Source: Blepharisma stoltei ATCC 30299 (taxonomy: Eukaryota; Protista; Ciliophora). From it: 64,000 nt of DNA. Under the pieces are notes generated by a model that did no database searches, was not told the origin of the DNA, and saw nothing but the letters and a program-made list of their open reading frames with translations. The position numbers were made by a program, and so were the translations under genes. Below, piece by piece: positions 34,103 through 45,999 of the stretch; position 1 is the first letter of the stretch; every line of letters starts with the position of its first letter. The stretch spans positions 372,001 to 436,000 of the forward strand of contig CBFDEM010000004.1 of NCBI GenBank assembly GCA_965603825.1, in the 5' to 3' direction.

Positions 34103-36580
34103 ATGATAGATAGCAACGCTGAAAATTATCAGGAAAATACGCTTGATACTGAAGTAACTAGAGAGAGATCAATTCAGACAACTATGAAATTAGTTGGGGA
34201 AATTCAAGAAAGTAATAGTGCTACTGGAAGTATTGAAGCAAATTCATCACTTTTGATTAATAATCCTCTAACTTCCAGCCAAAATGAAACATCAAATCGA
34301 GCGCAAAATGAGCCTCCTTTACTTTCGAGCTCACACACAGCAAGAGCTTGGCCACAAAATGAACAGCATCGTCTTCATGCGGAAGATTTCAAGAATTTAA
34401 TCACTGCTGAACCCAAATCTCTAATCCAAAAGATAACGAAAACAGATAAAATTGATCTTCAAATGCCAAATTTAGAAAGAGAGAGACCAGAAAATGAGCA
34501 TTCTCCACCTCCTGCGGGTGAATTTAAACTTACCATTCCTGATGGCACGAAAAAATCTAATGCTTGTCTTCCTCATCCTCCACCTCTTACTGTTCAAAAT
34601 AATACCCCTGATATACCCAGCATATTCCCAAATAATAGAGATAAAAATATTCTTCAAGAGCGAAAAACTAATAATTTATTTGAAAGAAGTAAAAGCCCTA
34701 ATACGAACCCATTTCCTGTTTCCCAAACAAAATCTCATAAATATAAAATTCCATCAGTCAGCAAAGAAATAAAAATAAAGGATTATACAATTTCGAGCGA
34801 AAGCTCAGAAAGCGAAATGAATGACACAGATCGGATTATTCCATCAGTGAGAAGCTCTATCCGTGATGAAGCAAGTATACCAGCTCCTTCAGTTTTTATG
34901 ACGAAAAATCAATTTATAAAAGAACAGCTTGACGAGCGAAGCCAAAAATCTCAAATTAAACTCCAGCAATCAGTGTTTGAAGATGAAAATTCAAGTAATT
35001 TAAGTGAAGATAAAAATTCAAGTAATTTGAGTGAAGATGAAAATTCAAGCAATCAGAGTGGATATATAGATATGACACAATCATTTGAAGATAGCGGACA
35101 AGATAAAATGACTCAAAAACAGCCACCAAATTCATTAAATCAGCCATGAAAGCAAAATCCTAATACCCCTGTGAGTAAATTACCACCCCCACCTAAAACT
35201 TTTAATGTAATATTAAAAAGTGATATTCAACCTAAGCAATCAAAAGTTGCTATCGATGAAGGCTACAATAGCGATGATTTCGATAGTGATGAAGCTGAGA
35301 TACTTTACAATAATACTCCAAAAGAATTAATAAATACTCCAGAAGACTTAATAAATGCTCCAAAAGACTTAAAAACTACTCCAAAAGATTTAATAAATAC
35401 TCCAAAAGACTTAAAAAATGTTGCAAAAGACTTAAAAAATACTCCACAGGACTTAATAAATGCTCCAAAAGACTTAACAAATACTCCAAAAGACTTAAAA
35501 AATACTCCACAAGACTTAATAAATACTTCAAAAAACTTAAAAAATACTCCAAAAGATTTAATTAATGAAGAACAATTTTCATTGGCCATTCCAGCCATGC
35601 TTGAAAATTTATTATGATTATTAAATCACCGCCAAATGTTCCTTAGTGGCTCTCATACTAGAATATTCACTGCTTTATGTGCTTTAACAGAAAATGCTCC
35701 TGAAGCAATGAAGCCCGGGTTTACTTCTCTTTTATCTTCATTTCATTGTGAAAAATGCCAAGTGAATCTTTATGAGGGAGTTACAAGCTGCAATCATAAA
35801 TTATGTAAAGAATGTTCCATCGAATCATTACGAAAAAGGACAAATGGCCTAATTCTGTTAACAACTTATGAAGAAGAAAGCTTTAGAACGATGTGCCCAA
35901 AGTGCAAAAAAAAATTGCTCGATAAAGACTTGGAAGCTATTTTAGGAGACAATTATGAGATTTATGATTTAGAGAGAAACAAGCGACAATTAGAACAAGA
36001 TAATCAACGAAGACATGCCTATATGAGCACATCTTCAGAAACCGATCATGAGTGCTTTACTTGCCATAAGGAATTAAAAGATGAGATGTGCTTTAAAAAT
36101 GATGTATGCAAACACCAATGCAAAGAATGCTTGGCATCTAGTATGAGAAGAGGAAGGACAGGATGTCCTCATTGTAGGCAAACTTATTCAATGAATATTT
36201 CCACCGAGAATGATATCTGCCAAGGCTGCAATCAATTGATGTATTTTATTGGAAATAACTTGAGAAAAGTTTGCAATGGCCATTTGATGTGTAATCGCTG
36301 CATAAACGAATCTTATCAAGCGAAGAAGTGCAAAATATGTAAGATAACTGCAGATCGCAATTTATTATTGGAATTTGATAGGATTTTATTTGGGAGATGC
36401 ACTGGGCCTTGTGAGCAAAAAAAACTGTTAGATTATTTCATATTGAAAGAATGCTGCAATCAAGATGTATGCATCGAATGCCAAGCAAATGACAAGGAAG
36501 CCTGCATTAAGTGTAGAAAACCACTTGGAAACTGGGCTAAACAGCAGCTACAATATATAGCAAGTAGGCAAAGCATATAA
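34103..36580 (+). CDS. Large protein: disordered N-terminus with tandem repeats, C-terminal tandem RING-like Cys/His zinc fingers; TGA=Trp at 35147 and 35615
   Basis: Three ORFs in one frame; repeated CxxC..CxHxxCxxC..CPxC motifs. Confidence 0.82.
34979..35059 (+). repeat. 3 x 27-bp coding tandem repeat (EDENSSNLS)
   Basis: Consensus unit gaagatgaaaattcaagtaatttaagt, three copies. Confidence 0.9.
35312..35563 (+). repeat. 12 x 21-bp coding tandem repeat (heptad NTPKDL[K/I])
   Basis: Consensus unit aatactccaaaagacttaa(a/t)a, twelve copies counted. Confidence 0.95.
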
Positions 36581-36831
36581 TCACTAAAAGTACAGTGAAA
36601 TGACCAAAGGATTTAAACTGGAGAACATATAAAATATTTTTATAATAAGCATCACAAAATTTTAAAATTATATCTTTTCCAGGGACTGTTAATGCACCAG
36701 AATTAAGTTGAAATAGTCTTCTGCATAAATAAAGCTACTTTCATTAAATTTTCGCATATCTTATAGCCATACTGAGCATTGCCAAGTTCACTGATTTAAT
36801 TAATTTCTCAATATCTAACTAATAATATATA

Positions 36832-37179
36832 ATGGATAGCAAACTAGACTCAATAAACTTACAGCAGCGAAAAATAGAATGCCAAAAAATCATGCAGTCC
36901 CACCCTAATCAAATCCCAATCATCCTTGAAAACGACAAAGAAATAAACGACAGCAAAACTATGGAGAACAGATTTTTGGTCCCAAAAAGATTCAAATTTC
37001 AGGAGTTTATCTTTAACTTGAGGAAGAACATGAATTTGCCAAAGACCAGCGCATTATTTATATCAATAGGAGGTCACTTGCCTGCATTAGATAAGACGAT
37101 GATAAGTATTTATGATGAGTTCAAAAATCCAGATGGGTTTCTTTATGTTCGTTACTCATCAGAATCAGCTTTGGGGTAA
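36832..37179 (+). CDS. ATG8: ATG8/GABARAP-family ubiquitin-like autophagy protein
   Basis: 'QRKIECQKIMQSHPNQIPIILE', 'RFLVP', 'IYDEFKNPDGFLYVRYSSESALG'. Confidence 0.9.
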   Translation: MDSKLDSINLQQRKIECQKIMQSHPNQIPIILENDKEINDSKTMENRFLVPKRFKFQEFIFNLRKNMNLPKTSALFISIGGHLPALDKTMISIYDEFKNPDGFLYVRYSSESALG

Positions 37180-37217
37180 TTTGTTAAATTAGTTTAATAG
37201 ATGTTAATAGATTAATT

Positions 37218-37679
37218 ATGCAAGAGCTTTTAAAACAGGCCTTGATTAATTATAAGCCAGCTAGCGTAGTAAGAAAACCGCTAGAGGTTAAATCGAAGAC
37301 AATTACTTTAAAAGAGAGGATTATTTCCAAAAACAGATCAGAAAAGATAATATCATTGAATTATAATCAACCTAGGAATTTGAGTAGATGCAAAAATAGT
37401 GATATTCTTAATAAGAGAAAGAAACTTGATTATAAGGGCGTTGAGAGATCTGAAACTTTAAAAAACTATACCGATTTTTTCTCTAGTTCTTTTATAAAGC
37501 AGAAAAAGGGAAGGGAAAGAAAATCAAAAAGCTGAGGTGAATTGCCAAAAATGCAGCCAATAAAAAAATGCTGTGATACAAAACTAATGATTAATATCAA
37601 AAATTTAATTAAATCCAGAATGGCATGCAAAACAGCTTACCATAAAACTGGAGACATTAATTTGAGCCCTTGGCAATAA
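37218..37679 (+). CDS. Hypothetical basic protein; TGA=Trp at 37533
   Basis: Reads through TGA to ...DINLSPWQ TAA at 37677-37679. Confidence 0.7.
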
Positions 37680-37767
37680 CTTATAATTTTGAAAAAGAAA
37701 TTAATATATAAAACTCTGATAATCAAATCCCCAGCATAACGATGATTATTTTTATTCCAATATTCTC

Positions 37768-39783
37768 CTAAAACAGTTGCCATCTTGAAAAGTATTTCCA
37801 TAATTTCAAAGACTCTATTGAGGTTTTAATCATTAGCATTTCTGTAGATGATGGCATATAGCGCTGCATAAAAAACCTTGGCTGTCTTTCCCTCCAAATT
37901 GATAAAGAACCTTTCTTAAACTCTTCTGTTTCCTTTTCGCAATTTGACATGAAGGTTCCATACAAACCCGAACTAACCCCATCAGCAAGAAAAATTAAAT
38001 AATTTTGACTGAATTCAAACTCATTCGGATATTGCTGAATAATCTGATGGACTGCATCCAAAAACTGCAAGAAGCATGGCGACCTTTCTTGGCCATTGCA
38101 CCTATCCCTAAATTTATGACCGAATGACAGCCATTCCTTGGTCAGCAAAATTTGGAATCCACAAAAAGTCCTATAGAATGGATCCAAAATGATTTGCGCT
38201 AATGAAGTCACACTCGGAGTTGTATCCCAGCCATCTAGACAAGTTACTAAGACAGATGCTTTTTCGAAATGAATATAATCAGCCACAGATGTGGAGACAG
38301 ATAAAAGAGTTTTTAAGTTATGGAGCCATCTTGAATGGTGTAACACAGTAAAAAAATAATCTTTTCTCTCATACAAGGATTTTAATTGGTCAAAACTCTC
38401 TTTTATTTTCAAAATATCAGGAAAATTTACAGTTAATACTTGGCAGACTGTGTAGCTTGGAGTTCCATAGTCTCTGCTAGAGGTTTTTGTATTGGTTTTA
38501 TATTTGATGTCAATGACGTATTTTATCCGCGACCTTTCCATGAATTCTTCATCTTCTATGCAGCGCAATGAAACTCCTTCAGATGGCTGGCTGCTGCGAA
38601 AGATGCCAAAGCCTTTATTGTATCAGCAGAGGGTGGGAATCCGTCCTCGATTTCTATAGAGTCCAATGGCTCTGAGGTCTTCTTGAGTTAGAGCAATTGG
38701 CAAAATAAGACATGAAGGATAAGTACTGCAAAATTCATAGGTGGAGTTTATAGCTGAAATTCTATATTGGTTCTCATCTAGCGCGCCTAGACGGGTAAAC
38801 TCTTTTACAGGGTCATATATATCCCAGCCGTAGCTGTCATGCAGGTTTGAAGCATTAAAATGCCGTAAGCATGAAACTTTACCATACTCTGAGTTGTATC
38901 TTTCAGCAAATTTTTTAGTTTCTTCAGCATTTTTGAATATAAATTCAATGCTCCTTAAGTCTTTTGTGTTGATTTTTACTGAATTTATTTGGATTTCTAA
39001 TGTTTCCACACATAGTAATGGGATACTGAAAAAATAGGAATATTGGCTGTCACAGTGAAAATAAATTCTAAATGTGGTTAAATAAAGCATCCCTTCTAGT
39101 CTCAGACATGGAGAAACAGCTGATACGTCTGAGTTATATAATATTGCTTCACCGTCATAAAATTTCGGATCTTCATGAATTTCTGCGATTGACTCTTTAG
39201 CAAACTCTTCTTCTTCAGATCTCAGCATAGAGAGACTATCACAGATTTTCACTAAAATTTCGCAAGTTGATATGAAATTTCTGTGCAATTTAAATTCAAT
39301 AATCGTCATAAAAATTCCATTAACCATTTTGTCTTGAATTTCTTCTAACGACAGCTCATGCCTTGATATAGCAACTCGGTTGTTTTCAAGGACAATTAAA
39401 ACTTTATCATCTCAAGAGACCTCATCAAATTTTGCTACACTAAATGACCGGAAAAATAAGCCAGCCTCATCTTCCACAGATTCAAAAGTTAATGTGTGTG
39501 ACTGATTTGCAAGATTACACACAATAGATAAGTTAAGCTGAAAAATCGAGGAGTTTTTTATTTTTGCTTCACTGACTTTAAGAAATGGCGTAGGAGCCCA
39601 ACCTGAAGATCCTGCTTCATCAACAGCTCAAGATCAATATTTCCCATACTCTAAAAGTTTTACCTCTTGGCCGTTCTTAAGGGAGATCCTGGTCGGAGAC
39701 TCCGAGCGATAAGAGCCTAGAGCTCGAGCTTCATAAAGCTTGAAATTCTTCATATGAGGTATTTGCATATAAAACGTTGCCAT
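37768..39783 (-). CDS. SH3 + GRAM + myotubularin-family protein, probably catalytically inactive; several TGA=Trp
   Basis: ATG 39783; SH3-like 'ARALGSY...ISLKNGQEV...YWSW....SGWAPTPFL'; GRAM 'GMLYLTTFRIYF'; 'CSTYP', 'RIPTLC(W)', 'LVTCLDGWDTT', 'LDPFYRT', 'KEWLSFGHKF'. Confidence 0.88.
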
Positions 39784-39987
39784 TTTGAGTTATTATTCTA
39801 AGACTAAGATAAAAGATATAAAATAATAGAATAGTTAGAAGTTAGGAATATTATATTACTTAAAATGGCAGATCCATAAGGGATATTTCAAATAGTTTAA
39901 ACTTATGGCATTTTATTAATAATAAGAATTTAATAGAGGCAAAATCATTCGCCAGAATTCATGTGAATATTATTCTCCATTTGTAAA

Positions 39988-40665
39988 ATGGAGATTGACA
40001 ACATCTTTGACAAACCTGATAACTTAACATCAAAACCCAGAAACTATTTGGAAATTCAAATTCCACATCAGCCAGAGTATGTCGATTTTGGTACAAATAC
40101 AATGGAAATAGAAGACACTCCAAAAATCCCAAAATATCGGCCAATTATTAGCCAATTCAAGCCTCAAACCCAAGTGAAAAAATGCGCTTTGCCTTTATCC
40201 ATCATGAATTCAAGAATCGACAAAAAGTGCCTAGAAAAGGATCCCAAAAACTGCAGAAATTCATCTCAGTTCTTCAACGAGGCCGAAAAAATAATTTTTC
40301 ATAAGCATTTGCCTCGGAAAATAAATAAATCGGAATTTTATAGAGGGATATGTATGACGCCTAATATGACAAAGGAATATAAAATTAAGCAAAAAAGACA
40401 AAGAAGCGTTAGCCCTCCAGTTTTGGAAGCCCATAGTAATCATTTTAAGACTGAGCTTCATGAACCCCATAAGTGATTTGGATCTAGACTGAGAAGGACT
40501 TCCTTATATAGTCGCTTGATACCTTTAAGTAAGTCTTCAATGCCCATAAAAATGAAGTGCAAGTCTAAGTCGCCACTTATGAACCCTCTTCTGACGTTTG
40601 ATTTGAAAAATCATAAATTGTCAACACTGCTTTTAACACATCATAAAGATGAATATGTAATTTAA
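39988..40665 (+). CDS. Hypothetical basic protein; TGA=Trp at 40474
   Basis: Reads through TGA to TAA 40663-40665. Confidence 0.7.
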
Positions 40666-40889
40666 CATCAAAGCTAACTATTTATTGTATTAATGCTTAG
40701 GATTAAGGATGAATGTTATTTTATTATCCAAATTTTAAAAGAATATTTAAATTCTCTAATAATCATAAATTATTTTCACTGACAAATCCGTAAAATATGC
40801 TTCTAACATTAAAATATTCATTTCAATACGCTCAATTTTCTTATTGCATTTAATAATCTTCTGTATATTAGTAAAGGGTAACAGATAAA

Positions 40890-42599
40890 ATGGACGAAGA
40901 TATTAAATCGTCTTTAGTTTCTAGCGAATCTAGTGATGACTCTGAAGAAGATTCAGAAATAGAAGAAGTTAAATTTCCAAAGGAAAAAGTTAATTTCAGA
41001 AGGCAAGGAAATGTGTTTGTAATAACTGATTTCAGACAAACCCGGGCTGACAAAATTCGAGAGGTGAATATGCAGCTAATTCCTTTGGTTAGGTCACTTT
41101 TTATTTATTCTTATATGTTTACTGCTTGCTTGTGATTACTTGTTTTTATCTATCCTACATTCTTTGTAGTAGGCTGCACTGGAGGACATTATGAGGATGC
41201 ACATGTAGTGTGTGGAATTTATCTTGGATGCACTTTTATTTTTGAGTATATTTCAGCAAGAAAAGTTGTTAAAATCATTCAGCCATTAAGTGGGCACACA
41301 AAGCTTACAATTACTCAGCATATCAAGCTCGTCACAAGCGTGCTGGGAAAGCTTGATATTTATACAGATTTTTGCTTTTTATCAATTGCCAATTCATGCA
41401 ATAGTGTTTTATCTCCTTTTTCTCTTATCATCTTATGTGTTTTAACTGCGATTATGATATCTCTCCAAGTAAGATCTTGGTTTCGGCAAGACATTTTAGG
41501 CTTTCAAATGACTGAATATAATGCATTATATGATTTATTGGGAAAATATGAAACCATGTACTTAGAAGGCGAAAAAAGTCAAGAGCACAAGCGAAATTGG
41601 GCTAAAAAAACCAGCATTCTTCCAGCAATTAAATTTTTTTCTGAAGATATAGGACAGTTTGTAATCCAAATTTTATTTTTAATAGAAATGAGAACATTTA
41701 ACACCTTAGTCTGTGTATCCTTAAGTGTTTCTCTTTCTATGTCATTTCTACTTTTAGCATTTACTTATTTGAAAATCCATCTTTTTAAGCCAAATTTAGC
41801 AAAAGAGCAAGAATTTATGCATGTAGTGTCTGTACAGATAAAAGAAAATAACCTTGAAGAGACCAAGAAATTGCTAGGAGGGCGTGTTCAGTTTAGGAAA
41901 TATGAACATGAAACTCGAGCTGAAGTTTTAAAAGTGGCTGCTGCTTATAGTTATGACATATTTGACTATATTGTATCAACTTTAATACAAAAAAATGATG
42001 CAATTTTGCAGAGTGAAACTTTCCATATGAAAATGCTAACAGGGCTTAGACAATGCAAATTATATCCAGATGTGTTGATAAGGTCTTTAGAACTTTTGAG
42101 GCTTGGAAAGCACATTTATATAAATGTAAATAAAAGAATCAGCATTTCTAGTGAAGGAACAATTTTGCACTGCCTTGTAGAAGACCCTTATTTTATAGTC
42201 AGAACTTTGAAAAACAAAGATATTGATCTAATAAAATATGTGGTTTTATTAGGAATTGATGTAAATATCCCTGATAAATTTGGGGAAACTCCGATAACAC
42301 TGGTGGCAAGACTAAATGTAGGCACTTTAATTAGAAGCTGCTCAACACAAACATTAAAAGAACTCTTTGAGCTAAATGGTATAAGCATGGAAAAGGAAGA
42401 AACAGACATAGCTATAAAAAACTGGGCATTCAGGGTTACACAATATTTAGTAGGAAATGGTGCTTTATTAACTCACAGGAACAGAAAAAATAAAAGCGTC
42501 TTAGAAATCGCTGAAGACGCATCTAATTCTGAGCTTTGCAATTACTTATATGAGCAGTTCGGTTTGAAAAATGAATTCAATAGAAAATCAGCTATATAA
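40890..42599 (+). CDS. Multi-pass membrane protein (XK-related-like motifs) with C-terminal ankyrin repeats; TGA=Trp at 41133
   Basis: Several TM helices; 'LGKLDIYTD' and 'EDIGQFVIQ'; ankyrin-like 'GTILH', 'GIDVNIPDKFGETPI', 'NKSVLEIA'. Confidence 0.75.
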
Positions 42600-42634
42600 T
42601 TAATGTATCCTTATTAATTACAGTAAAGAACCTT

Positions 42635-44158
42635 CTAAATGGCCATTGTCTCTTCCAATCTTTCATCAAACTTTCCAATAGAATCAGTATCCGACATCAG
42701 CATTTCTTCAAAATCTTTGACCTCAAACTTCCCCGTACTTTCAGGGTCGACTTCTCTTAAAAATTCTTGCATAAGTTCCCTATCAATATTATTCTGATCT
42801 GACACGAGCTTTATTAAATCTTCGCGCGAAATCACTCCTTTATTTTCTTGGTCAAACATAATAAAAGTTTTTATGATATTTTCTCTAGAAAAGATTGCTT
42901 TGGTGCCTAATGTAGCTCTTATGAACTCAGAATAGTCAATAACACCATTGGAGTCTCGGTCCACTTTATTCATTATTATCTCCGCCTGAGCTTTGGCTTC
43001 TTCTTCGCCCATGGTCTTTCGCAGATAATAGTCTAGCTCTGCTTGCGAAATAACTCCGTCGCCATTTAAATCCATGGCTCGGAATGCTAGTTCGAGCTCA
43101 GAAAAGTTGCTTTGGAGCATGACTTGGTTGAGAATGAAAGAAATTAAGGCCTCTCTCAGTTTGGAAGAAGCTTCGTAGAACTGAAGCTTAGATAAAATGG
43201 AAGGAATGTCGATAGCTTCAATTAGCGTTGCTCGAAACCAGCTGTGTGATAAGGCGTCATGTGCAGATATGCGTCGCTTAGGATCTTTGGTGAGAAGCTT
43301 TCTTAATAAATCTTTGGCTTCTTCGGAAATCCTATCCCAGTTGGGCCCAGCCATAGGGAATTTCCCTTTTTTGATACTATTTATAAGAGCAGTTGTATTT
43401 TTCCCAGTGAAAGGCAAAGTTCCATCTAATAGAGTATAAAGAATAACCCCGCAACTCCACACATCGCATTTTTCATTATAATTTCCATCAAACACTTCTG
43501 GCGCCATATAATCCACAGTTCCCACAATTTCTTTCAGCATCATTCCTTTTTGGCATCTTGCTACTAAGTCAAAGTCAATGATTTTTAGTGAAAAATTGTC
43601 ACTTTCCTCAGGATTTACAATCAAAATATTATCAGGCTTCATATCTCTATGCACTAACCTTCTACTATGCATATAGCTTACCCCTGATAATATCTGCTTC
43701 ATAGCAGAGCAAGCTTGCTTCTCTGAAAAACTCATCCCACTTGTGATTTTGTCACACAAGTCTCCTCCTTCAAGATACTCCAGGACCAAAAAATATTCAG
43801 TTTTCGCTTCAAAAAAGTCAATCATTTTTAATATGTTGGGGTGGTCAAGAGCTTTTAAGGTGTTTACTTGGTTTAATACAGAGTTATTCTGATCACTATC
43901 TTGACCTTCTTTTGGAATTATCTTCACAACTCTTGCTTCTTGAGTCCGTCTGTGCTTGCACTTTCGAATCTCTCCATGCAATCCTCCACCTATTGGATTC
44001 GGCTCTAATTCATATACTTGGTAAAAAGATAGGGTTTTTACAAGTGATGGGGAGATGTCAATATTTTCATACTCATAAGGAACGTCAAAGGACCTTCTTC
44101 TAGGTCTGCTATTTGTATTTAAGCTTATTTCAGTTTTTCCGGAACATAAACATCCCAT
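42635..44158 (-). CDS. CDPK: Calcium-dependent protein kinase (kinase + four EF hands)
   Basis: MGCLCS N-terminus; HRDMKPDN, GTVDYMAPE, CDVWSCG; EF hands DLNGDGVIS, DRDSNGVIDYSEF, DQENKGVIS, DPESTGKFE. Confidence 0.95.
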   Translation of the reverse strand: MGCLCSGKTEISLNTNSRPRRRSFDVPYEYENIDISPSLVKTLSFYQVYELEPNPIGGGLHGEIRKCKHRRTQEARVVKIIPKEGQDSDQNNSVLNQVNTLKALDHPNILKMIDFFEAKTEYFLVLEYLEGGDLCDKITSGMSFSEKQACSAMKQILSGVSYMHSRRLVHRDMKPDNILIVNPEESDNFSLKIIDFDLVARCQKGMMLKEIVGTVDYMAPEVFDGNYNEKCDVWSCGVILYTLLDGTLPFTGKNTTALINSIKKGKFPMAGPNWDRISEEAKDLLRKLLTKDPKRRISAHDALSHSWFRATLIEAIDIPSILSKLQFYEASSKLREALISFILNQVMLQSNFSELELAFRAMDLNGDGVISQAELDYYLRKTMGEEEAKAQAEIIMNKVDRDSNGVIDYSEFIRATLGTKAIFSRENIIKTFIMFDQENKGVISREDLIKLVSDQNNIDRELMQEFLREVDPESTGKFEVKDFEEMLMSDTDSIGKFDERLEETMAI

Positions 44159-44426
44159 TTCTATTTATATTTTTACAAGTAAAATATTCAGTGAGAATCA
44201 ATATGCTGATAAATAACTACAATATTTCTTAATTTTTCTTTATATATATGATATTTGAAAAATTACACAAATTTTCAGATCAGCATTCATAGATTCTTCA
44301 TATGAAGATCTTCTAGCACAAGGTATCTAATAAAATCTTGAGCAGAGCTTTAAAGTTTTATAGATATATTAGATAAAGCTTCATAGCTTAGATTTAAGCC
44401 TTAATCGATCATACCAAAAATATAAA

Positions 44427-44972
44427 ATGCTGCAAAGGTTTATATTTCAAAGGGAAAAATATTGAATTGGTGCTTCTGCATTTTGCTTGGGAACTTTTGC
44501 CTTTCCATTTCAACCTCTGCATTATTTAGGGTTTGCTTGCTGTGCCTATAATGTTTTAGAACGACTCGGTATCATTGAGATCAATCTGATTCCAGATATA
44601 GAGGAAAGGAAAACAAAGCTAAATCAGTAATTTTCATATAGACTTCTAAGGCATCATTTGGAGAATTTTGACGATTTAGATCGCTACATCTCGCCTAAAA
44701 CGCTGCTTTTAGCTTTGCCAAAAGTGACTTTTGATGATCAAGGCTTTTTAGGATGGTTATGATACAAGTTAAATATACCAAACAGTAATAAAGGGAAATT
44801 CTATATGGATACACAATGAAAAGATGTGAAATACTACGGAGAAGGCTGGGCACGCTGCCAAGGACGTTATCTTTCAGGCAATAATTATTATTTTACTAAA
44901 ATAGTTGTTGATCAATCAAAGCCAAGACCACGAGAATTAGTCATTTTAGATACAGATATCATTGAAATTAAC
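44427..44972 (+). CDS. Hypothetical 176-aa protein absent from the ORF track (N-terminal hydrophobic segment, beta-rich C-terminus); intron 44627-44641; three TGA=Trp
   Basis: MLQRFIFQREKY(W)IGASAFCLG... then intron gtaattttcatatag, ...YYFTKIVVDQSKPRPRELVILDTDIIEI, TAA 44970-44972; 531 nt spliced, in frame. Confidence 0.75.
44627..44641 (+). other. 15-nt spliceosomal intron
   Basis: gtaattttcatatag; A at position 10; removes in-frame TAA. Confidence 0.85.
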
Positions 44973-45417
44973 TAATAAATACTCTATATAAATTTTTGAT
45001 TTAGCTAATTTATGCATGGGCCAACAAATATGTTTCTTTATGATATATAATAGGTCATGGCATAGCGTTTAGATTTCAATCATTTTTGGCATTTTATAAT
45101 TAATTAATCACTAAGCTTTCATATTTTATATATAATTTTCTTACTCTGAATTTTTTAAAATATGATATTGAGGCATTACTTTAAACAATCCATGCATATA
45201 CGTAAAATGTTATTTACAATAAAAATTTACATAATTTGTGTCGCTGATTTATTTTTTTATCTTTTTGAAAGCTCCAATCAAACTTTTAAAAATGCTCAGC
45301 AAGCAAAACACCTATATATATATAGGTGATAATTTTCAGTTAATTTTGAAATGGTTTTATTCTCGAATTCCATTAGCTGGCTTTTAAATGATCATTTTTA
45401 CAAGTTTTTAATAATTT

Positions 45418-45999
45418 ATGGCCAGAAGCCATTCAAATAGCCCTGACAAGGAAATAGAAGGTGCAAGCTTATATATTACCAATTTAAGCTACTCCGCTAA
45501 AGAAGAAGACCTGCAAAAGACCTTTGAGGACTACGGGAAAATCGTTGATTTCAAAATCATCAAAGACCCAATTTCTAATAAGTCAAGAGGATTTGGCTTT
45601 GTGACCTACGAAAATCCCGAAGACGCCGATAAGGCAAAAAATGAACTAAACAACAGCAATGTAGGCGGAAGAGAGCTAAGAGTAGAAAAAGCTCGCAGAA
45701 ACAAAGCATATGGCCCTACACCAGGTAAGTATATGGGAAATGATAAGTATAGAAGAAGTCCAAGAAGAGACAGAGACTATCGTGACAGAGACAGGGACTT
45801 CAGAAATCGCAGCAGAGATAGAGACTACCGTGATCGCGATCGTGACAGAGACTACAGAGATTACAGAGACCGCTCAAGAGAAAGGGACAGCTACAGAAGC
45901 AGAGAGTACAGAGACAGAGACAGCCGTAGAGATCGCAGAGGTTCCAGAAGCCCTAGAAGAAAGTCGAGATCCCCTCAAAGCAGATCCACCTTCACTTAG
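45418..45999 (+). CDS. TRA2/SR45a-like RRM protein with RD/RS-rich tail
   Basis: RNP2 LYITNL, RNP1 RGFGFVTY, 'LRVEKARR...PTPGKYMG' linker typical of TRA2/SR45a, RDRDYRD repeats. Confidence 0.88.
   Translation: MARSHSNSPDKEIEGASLYITNLSYSAKEEDLQKTFEDYGKIVDFKIIKDPISNKSRGFGFVTYENPEDADKAKNELNNSNVGGRELRVEKARRNKAYGPTPGKYMGNDKYRRSPRRDRDYRDRDRDFRNRSRDRDYRDRDRDRDYRDYRDRSRERDSYRSREYRDRDSRRDRRGSRSPRRKSRSPQSRSTFT

Noticed and set aside
35312-35563. Regularly spaced repeats that might suggest a CRISPR array
   Set aside because: They are contiguous 21-bp coding tandem repeats with no unique spacers, in a eukaryotic context with no cas genes.
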